Counted from the stretch's first letter, positions 1-12,723 are shown. The stretch is DNA of 64,000 nucleotides from Eledone cirrhosa (GCA_964016885.1 OZ024740.1:117738001-117802000); one strand, 5' to 3'. Made by a program: numbers and translations. The notes: generated by a model from the letters alone, not told the origin.

Positions 1-100
1 TGCCAGCGGAATACTCAACCATTTACATGTTGATTCACGAGTTGGATGTTCAGTTGATCGAACAACTGAATGCTCATCGGCGAAACCGATAGTAGAGCAC
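1..100 (+). mobile_element. 3' part of a degenerate tRNA-derived SINE (family B)
   Basis: Resembles the 3' part of the SINE at 38400-38668 (ggaatactcaaccatttacatgttgattcacgag...gttgatcgaacaactg...cgaaaccga). Confidence 0.55.
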
Positions 101-307
101 AAGCATTCATTGCGAGCTCTATATTGTTCAGTCATAATGAAGATGCAATATTTTTGTTATATTGCTTTGAGATTTTTGTTTCGTTTTTAGCATAAATTGT
201 TATGTTAATTTTGGAACTTAGTTGCATCATTGTATAATCTGTGTCGTAAAATGTGACGGCGAGACGGTATGAGTTTAAAGAAGTGATAGCGTGGGGAAAA
301 TAATGAT

Positions 308-495
308 TTCTATTATAGGCACAAGCCCGCAAATTTGGGAGAGGGAAAAGTCGATTAAATCGATACCAGTGTATTACTGGTGCTTTATTTCATCGACCTC
401 GTAAGGATGAAAGGCAAAGCTAACATCCGGGTGATTTGAACTCAGAACTTAAAGGGCCATAACTCAATGTTGCAAAGCATGGTGTCTGATACTGC
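308..495 (-). mobile_element. Degenerate tRNA-derived SINE (family A, Meta-like central domain)
   Basis: Reverse complement matches the SINE at 34590-34781 (B box gagttcaaat; tttgcctttcatccttacgaggtcgatgaaataaagcaccagtaat). Confidence 0.8.
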
Positions 496-891
496 AATCA
501 ACTGTGATGGCATGGGAGAAATTATAGACGAGAGGAGACACTTGCGCACTCAGGTACCTTTTTTGGCAGGTAACATGCTTTCAATGGGAGTTAACTGAAC
601 TGAAAGCGAGATGTTCTTAGTTCTACCACTTTCACATTAACACACCTTCGCATTGGGTAAACAATTATATATATATTACTATTCTCCTCTTGGTTGAGAA
701 CAAATTTGGTCGTTCTGACTGCTGCTATTTATAGCGGGATTCGACTGACCTCCCTGCCTCTGCCTCCATATTTACACACGGCACTTGAAAGAATTGCTTC
801 CACTTCTTTTACTCTCATCTCGGGAACAATTTTGAATAGCGCCAGTTCGTAATTTGAACTCGGGAATTTTATATTCTCCGAGTGAAAAGAT

Positions 892-970
892 CCTTCTGAC
901 GAGAGTTTTTCTCTGCAACGGATGCCGTATGGACTCCGTTTATTTTTGAGACTCGAAACCGATTCGGTAA
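892..970 (+). ncRNA. Type-I hammerhead ribozyme, stem I disrupted
   Basis: cctt-CUGACGA-gagt...actc-GAAA-ccgattcgg-UA. A short deletion removes the AAGG partner strand present in copy 2. Confidence 0.65.
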
Positions 971-1359
971 GTAAAGTTAATTTTTTAAAATTTATTTTGA
1001 AACTTTTTATTATTTGCTAAACCTTGATTATATATGTTCTGGTTCGTTAATTTATTAACCTGCCATTGAACCACATTGGCATATGGTTGGACAATACATG
1101 TGTCCCTTAGCGCCTTGTGCGTGTAGGAACATATACTCTATTATTACTTAGCTCCTCTTGGTTGAGAAAATATTTGGTCATTCTGACTGCTGCTAGTTAT
1201 AGCGGGAATCGACTGACCTCCCTGCCTCTGCCTCTATCTTTACACACGGCACTTGAAAGAATTGCTTCCACTTCATTTACTCTCATCTCGGGAACAAATT
1301 TGAATAGCGCCAGTTCGTAATTTGAACTCGGGAATTTTATATTCTCCGAGTGAAAAGAT

Positions 1360-1441
1360 CCTTCTGACGAGAGTTTTTCTCTGCAACGGATGCCGTATGG
1401 ACTCCGTTTATTTTTGAGACTCGAAACCGATTCGGTAAAGG
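1360..1441 (+). ncRNA. Type-I hammerhead ribozyme, apparently intact
   Basis: Stem I cctt/aagg; core CUGACGA; stem II gagt/actc with inner aacgga/tccgtt stem; GAAA; near-palindromic stem III accga-t-tcggt; cleavage triplet GUA. Confidence 0.85.
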
Positions 1442-1735
1442 TAACCATAGTAAGTAAAGTTAATTTTTTAAAATTTATTTTGAAACTTTTTATTATTTGC
1501 TAAACCTTGATTATATATATATATATATAATGGCCTATTTTTTCACGGAGAAAGTCATAGGATATGTGACATTTTCTGAGTTGGACGCAACAAAAAGTTG
1601 TTCTTAGTTCCTGATAGAAAAACAACGAGTATTGCGTAATCTCGAGTACAGCAATGAATACTGAGAAAAAGTTACTGACTAAAAGATAAATCTTCATTTA
1701 GTGTAATTATGTATATTAGGACAGTACTTTCAAAA

Positions 1736-1774
<39 letters not shown>

Positions 1775-1834
1775 GAAATTGAAAATGTTAGAGTAAAATT
1801 ATATATTTGGTTCTATATGTGTTTATTTTAATTT

Positions 1835-1915
1835 GAGCCGCTGAAGAGGATTCATTTTAATAACTAGCTAAGCCTTTTCTCCCGCGAGAATCTGAAAAGT
1901 AGAAAAACAGCACTC
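1835..1915 (+). ncRNA. Degenerate hammerhead ribozyme
   Basis: CUGAAGA-ggattc...gaatct-GAAA is present, but stems I and III are decayed. Confidence 0.4.
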
Positions 1916-2068
1916 ACCTGCATACTTCCCTCATGAAAATATTAGTTAAGTTAATTTAGGGTTAACATATTTAAGGCTAGTGAGTCTAAAAAATGGTATC
2001 TAAAAATTAATATCTTCGATGAAATATAATATATTAGTCAATGATAAATATTATTTTAATTATTTCAG

Positions 2069-2166
2069 CAGGCACTACAGACAAGTCCGGGCACTTCTCG
2101 TTGATTTCATCAGCGAATTATAGATTTATAGACAATATAGTTGCCAATGTTGCGATAAAAGAAAAG
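2069..2166 (+). CDS. Candidate internal exon of an unidentified host gene
   Basis: T-rich acceptor ttattttaattatttcag|cag, perfect donor AAG|gtaagt, and an open frame GTTDKSGHFSLISSANYRFIDNIVANVAIKEK. It lies in non-repetitive sequence. Confidence 0.4.
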
Positions 2167-3084
2167 GTAAGTGAACGTACAATTGTAGACTTAAATAGAA
2201 CAGATGACTAGAAAAAAAATCTATTTTATAAGTGTAAACCCGGATATAGAAATAAACGAATAATAATTGACAGAGGAATTCAAGTTGTTTATTTAGAAAA
2301 TCACCGGTGACACAACGAGGGCATTCAATTGGTTTTTCTGTGTTTAATCATATAAACAATGAACTGAATTTAGTACGATTACTGAAATAGTGGCTAGTTC
2401 TTCCGTTTTAAGACGGTAAAATGAATAGCCGACAGCAGATTATATTATTAATAAACCACAAGCAATCTTATTACACATTCTTGGCCGTTTTTAAACGAGA
2501 AAGGTGAAAGTTTTGCTTCAGAATTACGCTTCGTCATTTCAATCTATTTTAAACTGATTTCTTTCATGTTCTGGCAAATCTTATTTCTATTGTGTCTGTC
2601 TATTAACTGAACTCATTCAGCAAATGTCGACCATTTTCCTTGTTGATGACCGAACACCGAGAAAGCCATTATTTCTAGTATATTGTTTTACATTATAGAG
2701 GTATGAAATAGTAAATAGATATTTGTGTCTATTTTGTTTTTCATTACAAAGATAATAGTGTTACAGAATATTTTATAATCCTATTTTCTGATTTAAGAAA
2801 TTACCTTTTCTATGCCTAAAAGAATTATTGTCTTGAAACATTAGGTAAAATCACAATTTTATGGAGGACAGTTTAACTGTAATAATGTATGTTTTACTTG
2901 ACTATTAAAGACGTTTCTTATCGTTCCCCTAATACATATTTTCAAACATACATACATATCTCTATAGATACATACATACTTGTTTATATAGATACATTCA
3001 TACATATACACATACATACATGCATACATACGTAAGTATATACATACATACATACGTAAGTACATACATACATACATACATACA

Positions 3085-3119
<35 letters not shown>

Positions 3120-3127
3120 GTATATAC

Positions 3128-3375
3128 AATATGGAAAGGGGCGTAAGTCTATGCGTGAAAGCATGGCGTCCGATCCTCTAAAGATACTGCCAATCCACCC
3201 TGTTACTCCAATAATTGTTTCTACTTTAGGCACAAGGCCAGCAATTACCCAGTGCATTACTGGTACTTTATTTTATCGACCCCGTAAGGATGAAAGGCAA
3301 AGTCAACCTAAGCGGGATTTGAACTCAGATCGTAAAGGGACGTAACTATGCTGGAAAGCTTGGCGTCCGACACTT
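3128..3375 (-). mobile_element. SINE family A copy plus a second SINE head
   Basis: Matches the reverse complement of 34590-34781 and of 3940-4015. Confidence 0.85.
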
Positions 3376-3539
3376 CCAATAATGGCTAGAAATAAGACTG
3401 CATATGTACGTTCAATACTAAATTTTTAAACCTCTCATTGGTTTTTCAGAGATGTATGTATGTATGTGTATGTATGTATGTATGTATGGATGGATGTGTG
3501 TATGTATAATGTATGTATGTATGAATGTATATATGTATG

Positions 3540-3571
<32 letters not shown>

Positions 3572-3934
3572 GCAGCTAGGTAGGTAGGCATCTATGTATG
3601 TACATACTTATGTATTTATGTATGCATGTATGTATGTATGTATGTATGCATATATGTATGTATATATATATATATGCATACATACATGCATACATAAATA
3701 CATAAGTATGTACATACATAGATGCCTACCTACCTAGCTGCCTATATATATATATATATATATACATACAGCATACATACTTTCATACATACATCATACA
3801 TACACACATACATCCATCCATACATACACACATTCATACACACATACATACATACATCTCTGAAAAACCAATGAGAGGTTTAAAAATGTAGTATTGAACG
3901 TACATATGCAGTCTTATTTGTAGCCATTATTGGA
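3374..3934. repeat. Long inverted repeat (fold-back) centred on (TA)n, with (TATG)n-rich arms
   Basis: The arm starting tccaataatggctagaaataagactgcatatgtacgttcaatac... is the reverse complement of ...gtattgaacgtacatatgcagtcttatttgtagccattattgga. Centre about 3667. Confidence 0.9.
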
Positions 3935-3939
3935 GTAAC

Positions 3940-4132
3940 AGGGTGGATTGGCAGTATCGGTAGAGGGTCGGACGCCATGCTTTCACGCATAGACTTACGG
4001 CCCTTTCCATACTGAGTTCAAATCCCGCCAAGGTTAACTTTGCCTTTCATCCTTACGGGGTCGATAAAATAAAGTACCAGTAATGCACTGGGATAGTTGC
4101 TGGCCTTGTGCCAAAAGTAGAAACAATTATTG
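3940..4132 (+). mobile_element. SINE family A
   Basis: A box tggcagtatcggt, B box gagttcaaatcc, central ctttgcctttcatccttacggggtcgataaaataaagtaccag, 3' ccttgtgccaaaagtagaaacaattatt. Confidence 0.9.
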
Positions 4133-5410
4133 GAGTAACAGGGTATTTGTCAAAAAATGTTTGGGAAATATACCAAATCCGAAAGTAATGAAATATACGC
4201 ACCATGCACACACACATATATTCAGAAATACTCTGGTTCCCAAGAACGAAGAAAAGTAATTCGCACCATTTATATCCCACAATGATTGGTAGAGTGAAAA
4301 TTTGTAAAACAGTCCAAAGACTTTTTGAATTTCCTTGAATGAACCTATGCACACAGTCACTTATGTGCATGTAGCATACAGAAACAGAAACACAAGCGTC
4401 GTCACACACATTCATTTACTAAAGAGATCTGTGAAATCTATTACATGCGTGCACTCGTATCCACACAAACACCCACATATTTGCATACAGTGAAACTCAT
4501 TCTCATATATTCACAAAAACCTTGCAAAATGTCAAATTCTGAGTAACCAGCTTGCATTCTGCGAGGAAAAACTTAAATTATACTCAAAGAAAAATATAGA
4601 AATGGTTTCAAATATGCCAATTTTGTTAATATAAAATTTTATCAACTTCCTACAAATATCTTGAAAACCGGCTTATGTATATGAAACGCCTATGTCATGT
4701 AACTTACAGTTAGGTTAAAGAAACTAGTATTTGTGTACATTGTGTACATATACGACTTCTGCTTCATAGAATTAAACTACTAAATCAAAACAACCATGAT
4801 GTGGAATGAATTGAAAACAATACTAATGTGATTTGGTAGATTATTATAAAAACGAAATCATGAATGAATGTATAGAACTATACCATGGTTTATTTATAGA
4901 TTCTTACATGTTCCACTAACGGTATACACGATCCGAAATTGTAGGTACAGCACAAACTCCACAAGATATCAATTTTTTAATGCATTCCATTACAATTCCA
5001 TCCATGGCCTGGTGGAACCCTTCCCTGGTTGACCTCTACCGCTTTCTGTTTGGTATTAGTCATGTCAGGGGTGTAGCCGTACCCACCAAGCTTGGCTAAT
5101 TTCGAGTTGGTGAGGCTATTCAACTCCTAGTTTGGGTGGATGGTTGTTGACTCCTAGAAGTTCAGCCGCCTTTTATTAATACATTCACACAATTCATATT
5201 CAACAAGTTAAAGTTATTGAAAGATCCTTTAATCGGTTGATAAACCTGCTAGAAATAGCAGATACACCACTCCTAAATCACAAGAAAAGAAAGATATATT
5301 GGACAAGTTTCTCCCAGGTATAAAAGAGGGGCAATTTAGTAAAATCAGAATTGAGACAAATGTGAAATAATTATACCCTATGAACGACCACCAATAGTGC
5401 TTGTTTGTCG

Positions 5411-5459
<49 letters not shown>

Positions 5460-5517
5460 CCAAGAATAAATACCTTAACGGTTCAAGTTTTTCCTGGATA
5501 AAACAAACTTTGTATTT

Positions 5518-5568
5518 TATCTGATGAGAGCGTACCAAAGTTTTCGTACCCCTGAAATATATATAATA
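5518..5568 (+). ncRNA. Minimal type-I hammerhead ribozyme (stem II partly decayed)
   Basis: tat-CUGAUGA-gagcgtac...gtacccct-GAAA-tatata-UA-ata, with palindromic stem III. Confidence 0.65.
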
Positions 5569-5625
5569 GAATAAATATGGTTTTATAAATCAGAGCAAAC
5601 AGCACGGACACTCTATCCAAAATTA

Positions 5626-5662
5626 TTTTTGAAAAGCATTTAGAAATGCGCAACCGGTAAAA
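5626..5662 (+). ncRNA. U3-A8 variant hammerhead, GAAA mutated to GCAA
   Basis: ttt-UUGAAAA-gcattt-ag-aaatgc-GCAA-ccgg-UA-aaa. Confidence 0.55.
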
Positions 5663-5780
5663 ACTTAAAAACTTAAAACCACAACTGAATACTAACCCAT
5701 ACAATCACTAATACCCTTTTATTCCTAATTAAACCATTTTTCAACTGTGAACAATTTGTCAGCATTTTCTATTCCGTTTA

Positions 5781-5847
<67 letters not shown>

Positions 5848-5877
5848 ATAACTATATTTATAAAACTATATTTATTC

Positions 5878-5928
5878 TATTATATATATTTCAAGGGTAC
5901 CAAAACTTTGGTACGGTCTCATCAGATA
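5878..5928 (-). ncRNA. Minimal type-I hammerhead ribozyme (inverted copy)
   Basis: Reverse complement reads tat-CUGAUGA-gaccgtaccaaagttttggtaccctt-GAAA-tatata-UA-ata. Confidence 0.6.
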
Positions 5929-6020
5929 AAATACAAAGTTTGTTTTATAAATATTGACATAACCAAGAATAAATACCTTAACGGTTCAAGTTTTTCCTGG
6001 ATAAAACAAACTTTGTATTT

Positions 6021-6071
6021 TATCTGATGAAAGCGTACCAAAGTTTTCGTACCCCTGAAATATATATAATA
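6021..6071 (+). ncRNA. Minimal type-I hammerhead ribozyme
   Basis: tat-CUGAUGA-aagcgtac...gtacccct-GAAA-tatata-UA-ata. Confidence 0.65.
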
Positions 6072-6335
6072 GAATAAATATGGTTTTATAAATAAAGTTT
6101 CCATTTATTTAATATCATTGAATATTATACTCCAGAAAACTTGTCGAGTGCTCTGAATCAATTATAGACATTTATATTTGTTGAATTACCAACAAATTGA
6201 ATATCGCCTTTGCTTATATATATATATCCAAAATTAAGTTAAGGGTGTCATGTCCGAGAGACATGCGCCATATCCACTGTAGAATATGTTCAAAGATTCC
6301 AATGAATAGATCCGAGCATTTTATATCAACTAGAC

Positions 6336-6655
6336 ATTGATTGACATATATATATATATATATCTAAAATAAACATATGAAACAATCACAGGGAATAATT
6401 TGTAAAGTGTGTAAGCATACACAGCTAGGTAGGTAACCAATTAAAGTTTAACTAGAACTTTAAATATAGATACCTTTTAAAATGTTTAATCTTCCTTTAA
6501 AAGATTAATCATTTAAAAAGTTATCTATATTTAAAGTTCTAGTTAAACTTTAATTGGTTACCTACCTAGCTGTGTATGCTTACACACTTTACAAATTATT
6601 CCCTGTGATTGTTTCATGTGTTTATTTTAGATATATATATATGTCAATCAATCAA
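6336..6655. repeat. ~320-bp near-perfect fold-back palindrome
   Basis: attgattgacatata...tctaaaataaacatatgaaacaatcacaggg...taatctt is mirrored by aagatta...ccctgtgattgtttcatgtgtttattttaga...gtcaatcaat. Loop about 6494-6500. Confidence 0.92.
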
Positions 6656-6831
6656 TATATATATATATATATATAGGAAAATAGTAGGACACCGACGGAT
6701 GAACTTGGCCGTTTTCAACGGTTAGATCCAGATCTAGTTGTCGACTATGTTATTATTACCCACTTTACTACCCTAAGTTTTGAGTACTCTGGTGTGTATG
6801 GTCCACCTGGTATCTTACCACACCCTCTTTG

Positions 6832-6900
<69 letters not shown>

Positions 6901-6966
6901 AGGAAAAAAGATGAAATCGAAAATGCAACTGGAGTCTTCCTTTAAAAAAATATATGTATTTGGTTC

Positions 6967-7002
6967 CTTTACCGGTTTCGCAGTTCTTGTGCTTCTCAAA
7001 AG
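6967..7002 (-). ncRNA. U3-A8 variant minimal hammerhead ribozyme
   Basis: Reverse complement reads ctt-UUGAGAA-gca-caagaac-tgc-GAAA-ccgg-UA-aag. Confidence 0.75.
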
Positions 7003-8504
7003 TAGAATTGAGGTGTAGGGTTTGTGGTTTTTCTCACATCTGGTTGGTGTTTGAATGTTACTTCTGTTTTATATGGAAAAAAGTGGCTCGAAATGCTAGT
7101 TCTTTAGAGAAGTAATTTGGTTGATGACTATCATGTGAATAAGTATAATACATTTTGCGCCAGTTCGCGGTAGAAAGTTCTTATTATATTTGCCTTTAAC
7201 AAAAAAGAAGGGGGGGGGGGGGACTCAGATTGTTTTTTTTCATATATGAGTGAAGTTTGGTTGGTTGATGCAGTCACGTGAATAAGCACATCAGCTTTCG
7301 CACCAGTTTGTGTTTGAATTTCTTTTCACTTAAAAAAAAGTGGCTCACGAAGGCTCTTTTTTAAAAAAGTAATTTGATTAGTTATAAATGAAATTATGAC
7401 TGTCACGTATTAAATTTCACGCCCGTATTTGGGAATTTCTTTTGTAGCCATTTAGAGAATTTTGTGCCAAACAAAAGATAATGGTCAAGAAAAACGGGAT
7501 GGGGGGAATTGTTCTGGTTCAGTGAATATGGCTGGTGCACTGGGGTGTCAAAATTCAGACTTTCTATTTGAATTAAAGAAAGTAGAGATATGTATGTTTA
7601 TTTGTGTGCTGGTGTGTGTGTGTGTGTGTGTAGGAAGATGATTCTATTAGTAGAAATGAGGGAGGGAGTTGTGTGTGTGTGTGTGTGTATGGGTGTTATA
7701 TGCGTGCGTGGGACTATGGTTAGCATGTTAAGATGGAGAGAATATATATATTATTTTTGTGTGCGTGTGTGTGTGTAGGAAAATGATTCCGTTAGTAGAA
7801 ATGGGGGAGGGAGTTATGTGTGTGTGTGTGTGGGGGGGGTTAGCATGTTAAAGTGTTAAAGTATTAACGTATGTTAAGGTTTATTTAGGTTTATTAAAAA
7901 CCAGAGCTAAATAAACCTTAACATACGTTAATACTATAACACCTTAACATGCTACCCCCCACATACATACATACACACACAACTACTCCTTACCCATTTC
8001 TACTAATAGAATCATCTCCCCCCCCCACACACCAGCACACAAATAAACATACATATCTCTACTTTCTTTATTTCAATAGAAAGTCTGAATTTTGACACCC
8101 TAGCGCACCAGCCATATTCACTGAACCAGAACAATGCCCCCCATCCCGTTTTTCTTGACCATTATATTTTGTTTGGCACAAAATTCTCTAAATTGTTACA
8201 AAAGAAATTCCCAAATACGGGTGCGAAATTTAATGTACTTGTTCACGTGACAGTCATAATTTCATTTATAACCAATCAAATTACATTTATAAAAAAAGCC
8301 TTCATTAGCGACTTTTTTTTAAGCAAAAAGAAATTCAAACACAAACTGGCGCGAAATTTATTATACTTATTCAAATGACAGTCATCAACCAACCAAATTA
8401 CTTCTCTAAAAATCTAGCATTTCGAGCCACTTTTTTCCAACAGAAGTAACATTCAAACACCAACCCGATGTGAGAAAAACCACAAACCTTCCATCTCAAT
8501 TCTA

Positions 8505-8540
8505 CTTTTGAGAAGCACAAGAACTGCGAAACCGGTAAAG
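8505..8540 (+). ncRNA. U3-A8 variant minimal hammerhead ribozyme
   Basis: ctt-UUGAGAA-gca-caagaac-tgc-GAAA-ccgg-UA-aag; palindromic stem III accggt; AATAAA follows. Confidence 0.75.
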
Positions 8541-8657
8541 GAACCAAATAAAGATATAAAAAAAAGACTCCAGTTGCATTTTTGATTTCATCTTTTTTCC
8601 TTATACTTTCACTCGTGTAGGACACCTCGTTTTTTTCATTTTGTAAAAAATCCTCAC

Positions 8658-8745
<88 letters not shown>

Positions 8746-8822
8746 CGAAGGAAGTGTGGTAAGGAACCAGATGGACCATAACGCACCAGAGTACTCAATA
8801 CTTAGGGTAGTAGAGAGGGTAC

Positions 8823-9234
8823 TAGGGAAATATTTAACCCTTACAGCAGAGCTCTAGCCGTTTCGACGGCTATTTCTAGATTATAATTTTTAGCGTCGTA
8901 ATAAATAGCCGAACTTTTCAAGGGGTAATTACTTATATGGGAAGATTGTAGTTGTCAAAAGGATTAGTCAACATTTCTTGTAAACACAATTAAATCTTTC
9001 ATGGCAGAGGGTGGGATGTGGGGGTGGCTGAACTTGCCTGTAGAACAATGAGGGAGTGGGTGGAGCCGGTCAAGCGTTGAAAGTGAATTCTATACAGCAA
9101 ATTCTAAGGAGTGTGTATAAAATTAGTCTAGTTAGGAAGCAGGCGATTCATTACCACGCTAAAAATTCTAATTTAGTTCAGAAATAGCTGTCGAAACGGC
9201 TTGAGCTCTGCCGTCAGAGTTAAACATTTCCCTA
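8823..9234. mobile_element. Element with ~90-bp inverted termini; left arm carries a U3-A8 HHR-like motif on the minus strand (8852-8924)
   Basis: Arms 8823-8910 and 9142-9234. The minus strand reads ccc-UUGAAAA-gttcggctattt...aaatagccgtc-GAAA-cggc-UA-gag, with imperfect stems I and III. Confidence 0.6.
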
Positions 9235-9483
9235 TATATATATATATATATATATAATCTTTTTTTTATCAAACAGTTTCCATTACTATACTGTGTACAT
9301 GAATTCTATCGGAATTCTATCGATCAGTTACATAAACAGAATACAAGAGGGAAAACACAATACGATGATTTTATAGATCTTAACAATCAACATCTCGTTG
9401 AAACCATTATATATTTTAGAATTATTTGTCTTAAAGAGTATATCAGCGTAACCTATAAAGTATATAAACACAGAGAGAGATAG

Positions 9484-9557
<74 letters not shown>

Positions 9558-9586
9558 GAACAGGCACAGGCACACACACATATATA

Positions 9587-9637
<51 letters not shown>

Positions 9638-10221
9638 CTTAAAATGGAGTGAGAATAAGAAGAAAGAAAGAACGGGAGAGGGGGGAGGGGGGGGACTTTT
9701 CCTCATCAGTTGTCTACTGGGGTCTCGGATATTTCTACGCTTTAAAGACAAGAAATCTACCGCACAGAGCGTCAATAACTGGGTAAGTTATTGGGAAAAC
9801 GGAGGAGGGAGGGAAGGAAAACAGAAGGGTAAAGGGAAGAAAAGAGAAAACAACGAATTAACAGCGAAAAAAACCCCAACAAACTGAGCAATGTGCGAGC
9901 AACTTTAGGTAAGAAAATGCAAGGCCACAGCGATGAGAGAACTTAAGTTCAAGAGCGTGTGGGCGAGAGAAAAGACACACGTCTGACCCCAGCGAATTGT
10001 AAGTGAGAAAAGGACTACTAGAGGGTCAGGCGAGGGAAACTATGAGGTGACAGACAGAGAGAGGATGAGTGAAAGTGAGAGGGAGAAAGGGAGAGGAAGA
10101 AAGTGGGGTAAGAGTAGATCGAGGGAGTATAACGGGAATTTACTGTAGGTTCACCCAGGTGAGCACTCAGTGTTTAGGTTCACGTTTGTAGCGAGGTGTA
10201 GTGCTAAATAGAGTGTAAATA

Positions 10222-10508
10222 TAATACTACAAGGATGATTTGTTAAACCTTCGTTACGTTTATTGATTGGTGACGCGCATTTCGTTATTGATCAGCTCAA
10301 GATTCGATCAGTATCGATCTGGACCGACTCTGGAATCAAAAGCTCGTCGGAGCTCTGCTGTTGTAATGACAGCAGAGGTCCGACGCGCTTTTGATTCCAG
10401 AGTCGGTCCAGATCGATACTGATCGAACCTTGAGCTGATCAATAACGAAATGCGCGTCACCAATCAATAAACGTAACGAAGGCTTAACAAATCATCCTTG
10501 TAATATTA
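10222..10508. repeat. ~287-bp near-perfect hairpin of complex sequence
   Basis: Arms of about 140 bp with roughly five mismatches and a loop of 9 nt or less near 10361-10369. Adjoins (CA)n(TA)n. Confidence 0.95.
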
Positions 10509-10519
10509 CACACACAGGT

Positions 10520-10599
<80 letters not shown>

Positions 10600-11415
10600 G
10601 TACATGCATTTTATCATATTCATTTCGTTATTCATAGGTATTCGGTCTGGCGTTTTTCAGGGATGCCATCACTCCCAACCTTTATCTAAATATATTTCGA
10701 TAAAACATTTTTACATGAATACGTTCATCTCAATAAAGAGGGACTAATAATGTATAGCTGTATATGTACGTATAGTTGTATATATCTTTTATAGAAATCT
10801 ATAGATTTAAAAACATAATGTCCACCATATCTCACATAGTAAAATTAGACAAATGGTGAGCATTATTGTTGAAACAGAAGAATATATATTTGCTGAAGAA
10901 TATAATGCTGACAACTTGACAAAAGACGATAATAAAAGACATCTTCACGCAACGACATATAAAAAAATTAGAGGGATAAGGAGAGAGAAAGAGAGACAGA
11001 GAAAGAGATATGAAGGGATATATATTTAGGGATGTCATGAAAGGAAAAAAAAAACCGGATGGGTTTATGGCAAGCTCATGTAAGAGTGAAGTGTATACGA
11101 TATAGCGATATAGATAATTTATTGGACAATTGAGAGTCTGGCAGATCTCCAGTTCCAAACTATTATTTTATTTTCTTGTATTCAAGGCCTTGTCATCCGT
11201 AATTATCTTTTTTTTATTTTTTCCCCTTTACACCCCAAGAAGTTTAATGATCGAATTTATTTATCACAAGATGGTGCTTCAGCGCTTCAGGCTAGCGAAC
11301 TGAATAGGCAACATGAATGATTATGTATAACTACTCCACGGAATAGACAAGCTGAATATAGCTAATTATGTTCTATATATTACAACAGAAGAAACAGACG
11401 CTTTTGAAGAATTCA

Positions 11416-12723
<1,308 letters not shown>

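Larger units (their letters stand above)
674..1520 (+). mobile_element. Partial tandem repeat (two ~360-380 bp copies, period ~468 bp) of a non-coding HHR-bearing element; PLE pLTR or retrozyme-like
   Basis: 674-1035 and 1141-1520 are near-identical. Each has an HHR core, and the element is bounded by (TA)n. Confidence 0.8.
5457..6200. mobile_element. Non-coding HHR-bearing element family in direct and inverted copies around (TA)n; same family as 40271-41130
   Basis: 5457-5590 equals 5959-6092, and 5853-5951 is an inverted copy. The tail ataaatatggttttataaata.agtttccatttatttaatatcat is shared with 41035-41078. Confidence 0.8.
6760..8822. repeat. Nested giant inverted repeat: outer arms 6760-6835/8743-8822, inner arms ~6897-7888/7907-8607
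   Basis: Arm-to-arm complementarity is visible at the ends (aggaaaaaagatgaaatc / gatttcatcttttttcct) and at the centre (gtattaacgtatgttaaggtttatttag / ctaaataaaccttaacatacgttaatac). Confidence 0.9.

Noticed and set aside
9698-9790. Possible exon (ctcatcag...gtaagt) or minus-strand CUGAUGA core
   Set aside because: No recognisable peptide, no stem II-GAAA partner for an HHR, and it lies in repeat-like sequence.
3374-10508. Palindromes as sequencing or assembly chimeras
   Set aside because: The arms differ by substitutions and indels, and similar structures elsewhere match known PLE insertion geometry. Long reads are still needed to exclude this fully.
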